64,000 nucleotides of DNA from Terrimicrobiaceae bacterium (GCA_044342325.1 JBIIPZ010000013.1:164-64163); one strand, 5' to 3'; counted from the stretch's first letter, positions 38,369 to 46,290 are shown. Numbers and translations are program-made. The notes: generated by a model from the sequence alone, not told the origin.

Positions 38369-38664
38369 CCCTCGCCACACGGGGTGACTATCGCAGAGTC
38401 CCCAAGAAATCTGGAGCTGACACATTTCCCAAAAACAAAGAACCGACCCAGCGCAAGCCTCTCACGGAGACACCAAGACACGGAGAAAAGTTCTCGGCCG
38501 GATCGCGGATGCCCTTGTCGGCATCAGCAACTCTATGCGATGACGCTACGGCAAAGCCACCAAGCCAAGTGCGTCAAAATGCGGGGCCAATTCTTGTGCT
38601 TGCTGGATTCTAAGGCGTCCTTAATGGAATTAAACATCAAGATTTATGCCGACCCCTATGATGT
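38369..38664 (+). repeat. ~295-bp dispersed repeat, copy 2
   Basis: See copy 1 (26695-26993). Same orientation. Its right end overlaps the dinD stop region. Confidence 0.85.
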
Positions 38665-39543
38665 TTTCGGCTTCTTGAGTGCTTTTCTTGCCTTGGATTC
38701 CAGCTTTTTGATGCTCTCCACTGTGGGCAGTTCCTCTGGCATCGTGCCGCCGAGTTCTTTGATGGTTTGGCGCACCTTGGCACCGACTTCGCGGTGGGCT
38801 TTGTTAGCATTGGCTTTGCCGGTGATCTTTTCGCGGCGGAGTTTTTCCTCGGCCTGGGTGGCGCGGAAGAGATTGGCGGCCAGTTCGGTGCTGCCCATGT
38901 GATCGAGGATTTGCTCGCCCTTTTTTAGCCCTTTTCGAGAGTGAATATCCTGCGCGCCCAGGCCACCGTAGAGGCCGATGTAGCCGTGGTTCTGGAAGAT
39001 GGCGTAGTCGCGGGGTTCGATGACTCCGGCATCTTTCGCAGCATCGGCAAGCTGGCTGTTGTGGTTTCGCAACTCTGAGCGGATGGCGAGGCGTCGTTGA
39101 TCTTCCATTTCCCCATCGCTCAGTTCCTGCCGGCGCGTCTGGAAGGCAAAGTAGGTCTGGCCGTGGGCGACGATTTCTTTCGAGGGATCAGCGTTCTGGA
39201 TGACGAGGTAGCAGCCGTAGCGCGACATCATCACGGATTTCGCCGGGCGCTTCGCTCCCTTGCCGACTTCGATCATATCGGTGACCTCAACGAAATGATC
39301 CTCTACTCGCTGGCCACTGTTGAAACAGGCGGTGCGGGCCGATTCGATGACGGATTGAAAATTCCGGTAATCCGCATAGCCGAGAACCTTGGCAAAATCG
39401 CGGCTGGACCAGAATTCATTGCCCGCCGGGTTGGTGCGGCGGATGGATTCAAAGGGCGCGATTTGCCCACTATTTTGGCGAGGGTTAGGCGAGCTGTCTT
39501 CGCTGCGATTCGGTTCGTTGCTCATAGTTTCAGGTTTCGACAT
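38656..39543 (-). CDS. dinD: DNA-damage-inducible protein D (DinD family)
   Basis: 295 aa. FESIRRTNPAGNEFWSSRDFAKVLGYADYRNFQSVIESARTAC...RYGCYLVIQNADPSKEIVAHGQTYFA matches DinD as I remember it. Confidence 0.75.
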   Translation of the reverse strand: MSKPETMSNEPNRSEDSSPNPRQNSGQIAPFESIRRTNPAGNEFWSSRDFAKVLGYADYRNFQSVIESARTACFNSGQRVEDHFVEVTDMIEVGKGAKRPAKSVMMSRYGCYLVIQNADPSKEIVAHGQTYFAFQTRRQELSDGEMEDQRRLAIRSELRNHNSQLADAAKDAGVIEPRDYAIFQNHGYIGLYGGLGAQDIHSRKGLKKGEQILDHMGSTELAANLFRATQAEEKLRREKITGKANANKAHREVGAKVRQTIKELGGTMPEELPTVESIKKLESKARKALKKPKTS

Positions 39544-39732
39544 TCAGCGTTCGTTAGCTACTAAGCAGCACAACGGGCGAGACCCGCTGTGAACGGGCGA
39601 GGCAATATTTTTCACACGCGCGATTGCGCCAACGCGAAATCCGCGACCACCGACTGGGTAGCCCAAGCCGGACTTGCTCAGATTCACTCTGAACGGGCCA
39701 GGATTAGCAGATTTTCGATAGGTGAAGCCCAT
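39544..39732 (-). CDS. DUF4236-like small protein (possibly truncated)
   Basis: MGFTYRKSANPGPFRVNLSKSGLGYPVGGRGFRVG matches the DUF4236 N-terminal motif (MGFRFRKS...LNLSKSG...S.GG.G.R). Its stop directly abuts the dinD start. Confidence 0.5.
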   Translation of the reverse strand: MGFTYRKSANPGPFRVNLSKSGLGYPVGGRGFRVGAIARVKNIASPVHSGSRPLCCLVANER

Positions 39733-39829
39733 GGGAGGCGGATTAAGAAGTCAAACAATAGGAGAAGTTGCAACGGGGCGAGTCTGCACTGCTAAAAAAA
39801 TCGGCAATGGATGGGTCGGACCAAGCCTT

Positions 39830-40336
39830 TTAGATTTGATAATCGGCATCCGAGCCGGCCCACTTCATGGGAGCGGCAAACGGAAGCGGAATGCCATCTT
39901 GGCGGAGTTTTTTGAGGGAGACTTCGGAGACCTGAGCAAGACTGTAACGATCGAGAATATTGGCGATGGCGTTGCGCACATCGAGCATGAGAAGACGGAG
40001 GCCGCAGTGCTCCTCGTCGGGGCAGGAGCATTTGGTGTAGGCCGTATGGCTCACGCATCCGATCGGCGCGAGCGGGCCGTCAATGAGACGCACGACCTCG
40101 CCCATGGAGATGTTTTCAGGAGGCTTCGCGAGGAAGAATCCGCCATGCTTGCCTCGCTTGCCATCGACGATGCCGGCTTCGCGTAACTGAACGAAAATCT
40201 GCTCCAGAAACGGGAGAGGGATTTTTTCCCGCGCGGAAATCTCCTTCAGCGGAATTAGCTCCCTACCGGCCTCGCGGGCAAGGACCATATCGATCAACGC
40301 ACGCAGGGCGTATTCGCCGCGTTTGGTGAGTTTCAT
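39830..40336 (-). CDS. Rrf2-family transcriptional regulator (Cys-containing, IscR/NsrR-like)
   Basis: MKLTKRGEYALRALIDM winged-helix N-terminus and a Cys cluster (CVSHTAYTKCSCPDEEHC). Divergent from terC. Confidence 0.88.
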   Translation of the reverse strand: MKLTKRGEYALRALIDMVLAREAGRELIPLKEISAREKIPLPFLEQIFVQLREAGIVDGKRGKHGGFFLAKPPENISMGEVVRLIDGPLAPIGCVSHTAYTKCSCPDEEHCGLRLLMLDVRNAIANILDRYSLAQVSEVSLKKLRQDGIPLPFAAPMKWAGSDADYQI

Positions 40337-40511
40337 GGACGCTTCGAAACAGGATGTGTTGAGCAGGAACTCCGCATGGCCACATGCTACAGGCGGGAAG
40401 TCGGGGTTGGAAAGAAGGGATTCTGCAACGAGCTAAAATTAGGTTAAACCTAACGATTATTTTATTTCTTCATCATTCCCGAATGAACGAAAATCAGCCA
40501 GTCTCGCCGTC

Positions 40512-41513
40512 ATGATGTTATTTCCATTTGCCGAGTATTGGTGGTTCTACGCTTCGTTTATTGTTTTTGTGCTGTTCGTGCTGGCGCTCGACCTCGGTGT
40601 TTTTCACAAGACCGCGCATGAGGTGGGATTCCGCGAAGCGCTCACTTGGAGTATCATTTGGGTGGCCATGGCTGTGGTCTTTGGTTTCCTCTTTCAGGAA
40701 TTCGCAGCTTACCGACTGCAGAATTGCGAGCGGCTCATGGCGATTCCGGGATTCAACCCGGCTGAGGCGGCCCAGCGGAGCACGCTGCAATTTTTCACCG
40801 GCTACATCGTCGAGAAGGCGCTGTCGGTGGATAACATCTTCGTGTTTGTGGTAATCTTCACATACTTCAATATCCCGAGCAAATACCAACACCGGGTCCT
40901 TTTCTACGGCATTCTGGGTGCGCTGATCTTCCGCTGCATCTTCATCGCCATGGGTTCGATTCTGATCCAATACTACTGGGTCGTCATTCTCTTCGGCGTG
41001 TTCCTCATCGTGACCGGCATCAAGGTGCTCCTCGCCCCGGAAAAGCCCGTTGAACCAGAAAAGAACCCGGTTTTGAGGCTTTTGAAGAAGTTCCTGCCTG
41101 TCAGCCCGAATCTTGATGGCCAGAAATTCTTCACCCATCACAATGGCGTCCGCATGGCGACCCCGCTCTTGGTCGCGCTGATCTTGGTGGAAATCTCCGA
41201 CATCGTCTTCGCAGTGGACAGCGTGCCGGCTATTTTTGCCATCACAAAAGAACCGCTTATCGTTTTTACCTCAAATATCTTCGCCATTCTTGGGCTCCGC
41301 GCCATGTTCTTCCTGCTCGCTGGCGTCGTGCATAAATTCCGCTTCCTGAAATACGGCCTCGGACTCGTCCTGGTCTTCGTCGGCCTTAAAATGGTCTGGC
41401 TCAACCAAGTCTTCGGCGGCCATTTCCCGATCGGATGGTCCCTCGCCATCATCTCGACGCTCATCGGTGGCTCGATTCTGGTCTCCTTCTTGGTGCCAGA
41501 GAAGAAGCACTGA
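40512..41513 (+). CDS. terC: TerC/Alx family integral membrane protein
   Basis: 333 aa, multi-TM, with EKALSVDNIFVF and SDIVFAVDSVPAIFAIT TerC motifs. Confidence 0.9.
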   Translation: MMLFPFAEYWWFYASFIVFVLFVLALDLGVFHKTAHEVGFREALTWSIIWVAMAVVFGFLFQEFAAYRLQNCERLMAIPGFNPAEAAQRSTLQFFTGYIVEKALSVDNIFVFVVIFTYFNIPSKYQHRVLFYGILGALIFRCIFIAMGSILIQYYWVVILFGVFLIVTGIKVLLAPEKPVEPEKNPVLRLLKKFLPVSPNLDGQKFFTHHNGVRMATPLLVALILVEISDIVFAVDSVPAIFAITKEPLIVFTSNIFAILGLRAMFFLLAGVVHKFRFLKYGLGLVLVFVGLKMVWLNQVFGGHFPIGWSLAIISTLIGGSILVSFLVPEKKH

Positions 41514-41515
41514 GG
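41470..41515 (+). repeat. terC 3'-end segment that is repeated at 44256-44301
   Basis: gctcgattctggtctccttc is identical in both copies, and similarity continues through ctgagg. Encodes SILVSFLVPEKKH-stop here and SILVSFVVPEARP-stop in the distal copy. Confidence 0.7.
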
Positions 41516-41641
41516 AGAAATGCCGGATCGTTTGTAGCACAGGTCGTTGCGCTCTTCTCGAACTTGCGGGAAGAAAGCGTGCGACCTGAAGCTTGTTTTC
41601 GTGGGCGGCCGCGACAAAGAAGCCGCCAGGAACGCAAATGA

Positions 41642-41863
41642 GTGCCGTCCCAAAAAGGCCGCACGCCCACCGCCAACCAGATCGAGTTTTTAGAAGAGGT
41701 CGTAAAACACCTCACCGCCAACGGCGTGATGGACGCCGCCCGACTCTACGAACCGCCCTACACCTTCATCCACGACCAAGGCGTCGAAGGCGTAATCGAC
41801 AGCCTCCAAGTGGACGAACTCATCTCCATCCTCGAAGAGGTCAAAAACTGGGCGATCGCTTGA
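41642..41863 (+). pseudogene. Type I restriction enzyme R-subunit C-terminal fragment (EcoEI_R_C-like)
   Basis: TANQIEFLEEVVKHLTANGVMDAARLYEPPYTFIHDQGVEGV...VDELISILEEVKN resembles the extreme C-terminal domain of HsdR proteins. No helicase or nuclease part is present. Confidence 0.5.
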
Positions 41864-41926
41864 TTTTTTATTCATCCCAGCAGGATCAGCCTCTCCCCCA
41901 CCCAAATCTTCCTCAGGGGCTATGTG

Positions 41927-42094
41927 ATGAATCACTTCAAGAACATTTATGCCAAAAACGAGCTGACCGAGTCGACAACTGCTAATCAATTTTTAGCAGT
42001 TCAAACCGAAGGCAAGCGCCTGTGCCGAACTTCCCTCCGTGTTCGGGTGAAGGGTGACGACGAATCCAGAATCCTCATAGGTCAAGAGTCGTAG
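41927..42094 (+). pseudogene. RhuM-family fragment
   Basis: HFKNIYAKNELTESTTANQFLAVQTEGKR parallels the RhuM segment HLKNIF..GEL...S....F.....DGK. The ORF then degenerates and stops after 55 codons. It is too short to appear in the track. Confidence 0.45.
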
Positions 42095-42300
42095 CCCTGC
42101 CGTTCCATATCGGCGAGGTTTCCACGGAATTTTTTGGCTCCAAAAATCCTATAGGAGATCAAATCAAAGTCGGGAGCGGGTGCGTTGAGTGTGATGGCAG
42201 CTCGCTCGGGGGCGAAGCGGGCGATGATCATGCACCGCACGATCCAGCGCATGATGGCCGGGAAGTTTTGTCGAATATCTCGGACGCTCGCAATTTTCAT
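42082..42300 (-). CDS. Orphan Phd/YefM-like antitoxin (72 aa), possibly degenerate
   Basis: MKIASVRDIRQNFPAIMRWI is a typical Phd-type N-terminus, with ...PDFDLISYRIFGAKKF further on. There is no toxin ORF downstream. Confidence 0.4.
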   Translation of the reverse strand: MKIASVRDIRQNFPAIMRWIVRCMIIARFAPERAAITLNAPAPDFDLISYRIFGAKKFRGNLADMERQGYDS

Positions 42301-42371
42301 TGGCTCAGAGAAATGTTTCACACTTCGGAGAATATCAAGTGACTCTGCGCCCCCCACCCGCCGCAACCAAT

Positions 42372-42443
42372 TATTCAGATTCGCCTGAGTTGGACGCGCT
42401 CTTTGCCAGCCTACAAAAGCGAGCCTTTCGCAGAGAACTATAA
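42372..42443 (+). pseudogene. Type I R-M specificity subunit (HsdS) extreme C-terminal remnant
   Basis: The frame reads YSDSPELDALFASLQKRAFRREL-stop. L..LF.SL..RAFRGEL is the conserved HsdS C-terminal helix. Confidence 0.5.
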
Positions 42444-42490
42444 GAAACTATAATTTGCATATACTCTGTAATATTGTTTCTTTAGAAAAC

Positions 42491-42799
42491 ATGATTTTTA
42501 TTTTAGGAGATGCTGAGGCGTTAGAGAAATTCGGGATTCGGCTGAAGGCGCTGCGGTTGCGGCGGAATTTGTCGCAGGAGTATGTGGCAGGAATCGTGGG
42601 AGTGTCGTTGCCCACCTACCGGAAGATCGAGCAAGGCGACGGGACGGTGGAGTTTCGCCATGTGGCGCGTGCGCTGGGGGCGCTGGGTTTAGCAGAGGCA
42701 CTGGGAGATGTGATTCCCGCGACCGAGCCGGAATTGCGCTTGCAAGACCTTCTCCGCCCGGAGCGTAAAAACGCTTCGAAACCGAGGAGGAAGATCTAA
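42491..42799 (+). CDS. hipB: HipB-like XRE-family antitoxin
   Basis: LKALRLRRNLSQEYVAGIVGVSLPTYRKIEQGDG HTH. Its stop overlaps the hipA start (TAATG). Confidence 0.75.
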   Translation: MIFILGDAEALEKFGIRLKALRLRRNLSQEYVAGIVGVSLPTYRKIEQGDGTVEFRHVARALGALGLAEALGDVIPATEPELRLQDLLRPERKNASKPRRKI

Positions 42800-44025
42800 T
42801 GGAAAAGCGGCTTAGAGTTTTATGGTGGGATGGCTCGACGATCGGGCATCTGGTGCACCGTGGGACGCTGTATTTCGCCTATGATCCGGAGTGGATCGCA
42901 TGCGGGCTGAATCTCTCGCCAATCAGCCTGCCCTTCGGCGATGTGGCCTACAACGGAGCCAAGGGCGTGGAGGGTTTGCCGGGGTTGCTTGCGGATTGCT
43001 TGCCGGATGCGTGGGGCCGCCGGGTGGCGCGGGCGGAATTTGCAAAGAACAAGTGGGGCGAACCGACGGCGATGTCGTTGCTGGCTTGGCGCGGGAAGCG
43101 CGGGCTCGGTGCGGTTTTTTTCCAACCGCCGATGGAGAATGGCAATCCAGCGCTGGAAAAAATCAGCGCGGCGGCGCTCGCCAAAGGAGCGCTGGAGATC
43201 GAGCGCGGCGAGCCCTGCGAGATCCTGCCCCTGCTGGCGAGGGGAGGCACGGCGGGCGGCGCCATGCCAAAGGCGCTCGTGCTTTTGTATGAGGATGGGA
43301 GCCTGCGCGTGGCCGAACCGTGCGACGATGGAGGGCTGGCAGGCATCCTCAAGCTCGACCACTCTGCGGACGGCGCGGCCGCTCGCTGCGAGCAGGCGAT
43401 CACGCAAATGGCCCGCAGCGCCGGGGTGCGAGTGGCGGAAACGCGATTGATCGAGGAATCGCCAGGCTCACCGAGAGCGCATTTGTTCGTGATGCGCTTC
43501 GATCTCGTGGAGGGCGAGCCTCTACGGCGTGTGCATTTTCACTCGGCCGCCGGGCTTCTACACAAGACGGCCGATGCGCTCGACTACCGCGACCTCTTCC
43601 GACTCGCGATCCAACTCCACACACCGCTGGAGGACATCCGCGAAGTGGCGCGGAGGATGATTTTCAATGTCCTCGCCTCCAATCTCGACGACCACGGCAA
43701 GAACCACGCCTTCCAACTCGACGAGGCCACCCGCACCTGGAGCCTCACCCCGGCCTACGATCTCACTTTTTCGCCCGGCATCCTGCAACGCGGCATGACA
43801 ATCTCCGGCGAGGTATGGCCAAGTGGAAAAACCATGGAAGCCCTCTGCCTCGAAGCAGGACTGACGGCGGAGGAATACAACGAAATCCTCCAAGCCGTGA
43901 AAGCCGCTACGCGGGAATGGAAGCGCTTCGCCGAAGATGCCGTCGTGCCTGCTGCGCTCTCTACTGAAGTGGAAGAGCGCCTGCAAAAAATGCGCCGGGA
44001 AGTTCTCGGAGAAGGATCGGAATGA
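42799..44025 (+). CDS. hipA: HipA-family serine/threonine kinase toxin
   Basis: HipA N-terminal coupling region (LRVLWWDGSTIGHL...LSPISLPF) and a C-terminal kinase core with GGAMPK and the catalytic-loop NLDDHGKNHAF. Confidence 0.88.
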   Translation: MEKRLRVLWWDGSTIGHLVHRGTLYFAYDPEWIACGLNLSPISLPFGDVAYNGAKGVEGLPGLLADCLPDAWGRRVARAEFAKNKWGEPTAMSLLAWRGKRGLGAVFFQPPMENGNPALEKISAAALAKGALEIERGEPCEILPLLARGGTAGGAMPKALVLLYEDGSLRVAEPCDDGGLAGILKLDHSADGAAARCEQAITQMARSAGVRVAETRLIEESPGSPRAHLFVMRFDLVEGEPLRRVHFHSAAGLLHKTADALDYRDLFRLAIQLHTPLEDIREVARRMIFNVLASNLDDHGKNHAFQLDEATRTWSLTPAYDLTFSPGILQRGMTISGEVWPSGKTMEALCLEAGLTAEEYNEILQAVKAATREWKRFAEDAVVPAALSTEVEERLQKMRREVLGEGSE

Positions 44026-44245
44026 ACGGGAGAAATGGCATGCCGAAAGTCGAAAAGACGATACTCGAAGAGGTGGATTCCCTTTCGCCATCCGCCTTTT
44101 CACTTCCATCTTCGCAGGCCAAATCGACCTTAATTAACTCAGAAAAATGAGTTCATATTTCCGAGATAATGGCTAGGACTGTCCACCAAACCAGCAAGCC
44201 GGAAAACACCACGGTGAGGATGGCCCCTCGCCATGTCTTGAGACG

Positions 44246-44301
44246 CTTTTCGGCAGCTCGATTCTGGTCTCCTTCGTGGTGCCGGAGGCGAGGCCCTGAG
44301 G
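44246..44301 (+). repeat. Distal copy of the terC 3' end (remnant encoding ...LFGSSILVSFVVPEARP-stop)
   Basis: Aligns with 41460-41515. There is no terC-like sequence further upstream, and a stop codon lies in frame at 44174. Confidence 0.7.
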
Positions 44302-44363
44302 CGGCAACGCGGAAGATTTCGGCTTGAGGAAATCAGAGGCTGGTGCGATGGAATAACCCTCAT

Positions 44364-44437
44364 CGGGGCGTGGCTCAGCTTGGCAGATCACCTCGTGCGG
44401 GAGGAGAAGACCGTGGGTTCGAATCCTGCCGACCCGA
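44364..44437 (+). tRNA. tRNA-Pro(CGG)-like sequence, probably a pseudo-tRNA
   Basis: Cloverleaf by hand: acceptor CGGGGCG/CGACCCG (one G-A mismatch); D-arm GCTC-AGCTTGGCA-GATC (one mismatch); anticodon arm CCTCG-TGCGGGA-GGAGA (only 3 of 5 pairs, and G at position 33 instead of the invariant U); T-arm GTGGG-TTCGAAT-CCTGC. Strongly resembles proK-type tRNA but carries several disabling changes. Confidence 0.5.
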
Positions 44438-44448
44438 GTTTTTATCTT

Positions 44449-45342
44449 ATGAATACAACATTACTTGTTTTGGCTGCCGGTATGGGCAGCAGGTATGGGG
44501 GATTGAAGCAGATGGATGGCGTGGGGCCGGGCGGGGAGACTCTGCTAGATTACTCGGTGTATGATGCGGCGCTCTCGGGTTTTGACCGGGTTGTGTTTGT
44601 GATTCGCCGCGATTTTGAGGAGGAGTTCAAGGACCGCGTGGGCCGTCGCTATGAGGATCGCTTAGATGTGGGCTATGCCTTTCAGGAACTCAACGATCTA
44701 CCAGAGGGCTTCAGCGTGCTGGAAGGGCGCACAAAACCTTGGGGCACGGGGCATGCGATTCTGGCTGCCCGTGATGTGGTTGATTCCCCATTCGTGGCGA
44801 TAAATGCGGATGATTTTTACGGTTGCGACGCATTTGCCGCTGTGGGCGGATTTTTGAAAGCCCATGAAGAAAACAGGACACGCTTTTGCCTGGGCGGATA
44901 CCGACTTGATGCGACTCTCTCCGAGCACGGCAGTGTGTCGCGCGGGGTGTGCCAAGCGGATGCTGATGGATTGCTCAAGACGGTGCGCGAGCACACGCAG
45001 ATCCAACGCACGGCGCAGGGCATCACCGATTTGGCTGAGGGTGTGGGATTCAGCGGTGCGGAGCGTGTTTCGATGAACTGCTGGGGCTTCACTCCGGCGG
45101 TGTTTCCGCTGCTGGAAACAGGCTTCAAAGATTTTCTGAAGGCTCGCGGAGATGAGGAAAAATCGGAATTCTACATTCCCAATGCCGTGGCGGACATGGT
45201 CTCAAGCGGCAAGGCAACCGTGCAACTCGTGCCGGTGGAGAGTCAGTGGTTTGGCGTGACCTACCGCGAGGACCGACCTCTGGTGGCAGCGGCCTTGGGG
45301 GAACTCACGGCCAAGGGGGAGTATCCCACGCCGCTGGGCTGA
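44449..45342 (+). CDS. Sugar-phosphate nucleotidyltransferase (NTP_transferase family)
   Basis: LVLAAGMGSRYGGLKQ nucleotide-binding loop and KPWGTGHA...INADDFYG. Start at ATG 44449, downstream of the tRNA-like sequence. Confidence 0.8.
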   Translation: MNTTLLVLAAGMGSRYGGLKQMDGVGPGGETLLDYSVYDAALSGFDRVVFVIRRDFEEEFKDRVGRRYEDRLDVGYAFQELNDLPEGFSVLEGRTKPWGTGHAILAARDVVDSPFVAINADDFYGCDAFAAVGGFLKAHEENRTRFCLGGYRLDATLSEHGSVSRGVCQADADGLLKTVREHTQIQRTAQGITDLAEGVGFSGAERVSMNCWGFTPAVFPLLETGFKDFLKARGDEEKSEFYIPNAVADMVSSGKATVQLVPVESQWFGVTYREDRPLVAAALGELTAKGEYPTPLG

Positions 45343-45413
45343 GGGGGCGCACAAGCGGCGTATCGAAGGTTTTTTTTGCGGGAAGTTCGCTGAAAGAGCC
45401 TTGAGGCCGTTTT

Positions 45414-45446
45414 GTGTAAAAAATGGGCCATGCCAGAGGATGGCCC
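45414..45446 (-). terminator. Rho-independent terminator after ppk2 (possibly bidirectional)
   Basis: Hairpin GGGCCAT-(8 nt)-ATGGCCC at 45425-45446, followed on the minus strand by ATTTTTT. It lies between convergent genes. Confidence 0.55.
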
Positions 45447-45477
45447 TCCCAGTGGAACGCTGCCGCGTGATGCTTTT

Positions 45478-46206
45478 TTATCGGCCGAGGGCTTTACTTA
45501 GGGCTCTGCTGAGGACTTTGAGGGCTTTGACGCGGGCATACCACTTGAAGTTGGCGGGAATGACCGTCCAAGGCGCAATTTCGGTGGTAGTTTTTTCAAA
45601 CATATCCTCGGCGGCTTCGATGTGCTCGTTCCAGCGTTTCCGGTTACGCCAGTCTTCGTCACCGATCTTCCAGTGTTTGTAGGGATCGGCGGCGCGGGAT
45701 TTGAAGCGGACGAGTTGCTCGTCTTTGGACACATGGAGCCAGAGTTTGACGAGCACGGTGCCGTCATCGACGAGCATTTTTTCGAAATCGTTGATCTCCC
45801 CATAGGCGCGCTGCCAGGCCGCTTGGGAACAGAAGCCCTCGACGCGCTCGACGAGCACACGCCCATACCAAGAGCGGTCGTAGATGGCCATGTGGCCACG
45901 CTGCGGGAGCCTTGACCAGAATCGCCACATATAATGGCGGGCAAACTCCTCAGTGGTGGGTTTGTTGATGGAGTAAACGCGAAGGAGTCGGGGATCGAGG
46001 CGCTCGGTGAGACGCTTAATAGCTCCGCCCTTGCCCGCGGCGTCAGGGCCCTCGATGACGATGACAATGGGAATTTTCTTCTCATGGAGCTCGAGCTGCA
46101 TGTTGAGAAGCTCGAGCTGATATTGCTTCACCTGACTTTTGTATTCCTCCTGAGTGAGGGATTTCGACTGGTCGAGGTCGTTGAGACGGATGCGTTCTTT
46201 TGGCAT
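45478..46206 (-). CDS. ppk2: Polyphosphate kinase 2 family protein
   Basis: VIVIEGPDAAGKGG Walker A, YMWRFWSRLPQRG, IYDRSWY and PWTVIPAN, which are the PPK2 hallmarks. Confidence 0.9.
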   Translation of the reverse strand: MPKERIRLNDLDQSKSLTQEEYKSQVKQYQLELLNMQLELHEKKIPIVIVIEGPDAAGKGGAIKRLTERLDPRLLRVYSINKPTTEEFARHYMWRFWSRLPQRGHMAIYDRSWYGRVLVERVEGFCSQAAWQRAYGEINDFEKMLVDDGTVLVKLWLHVSKDEQLVRFKSRAADPYKHWKIGDEDWRNRKRWNEHIEAAEDMFEKTTTEIAPWTVIPANFKWYARVKALKVLSRALSKALGR

Positions 46207-46290
46207 GAATGTCGGGAAGCGGTTTTTAAACAGGATTCGCAGGATGAACAGGAAAAAGGTGGTGGCAATTGAAGGAGATGAATCCGTTGC

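Noticed and set aside
40337-40511. yybP-ykoY (Mn2+) riboswitch upstream of terC
   Set aside because: TerC/Alx genes often carry this riboswitch, so I looked for the conserved GGGGAGUAG and GACA-containing elements. I did not find them in this leader.
42820-43967. Several 130-215-aa ORFs in other frames over hipA
   Set aside because: They are Arg/Ala/Pro-rich off-frame products. The hipA frame carries the conserved kinase motifs.
24300-44400. Integrase, transposase or recombinase genes that would make the islets demonstrably mobile
   Set aside because: I searched all frames of the track for tyrosine or serine recombinase and DDE motifs and found none. The islets are therefore described as remnants or recombination products, not as active mobile elements.
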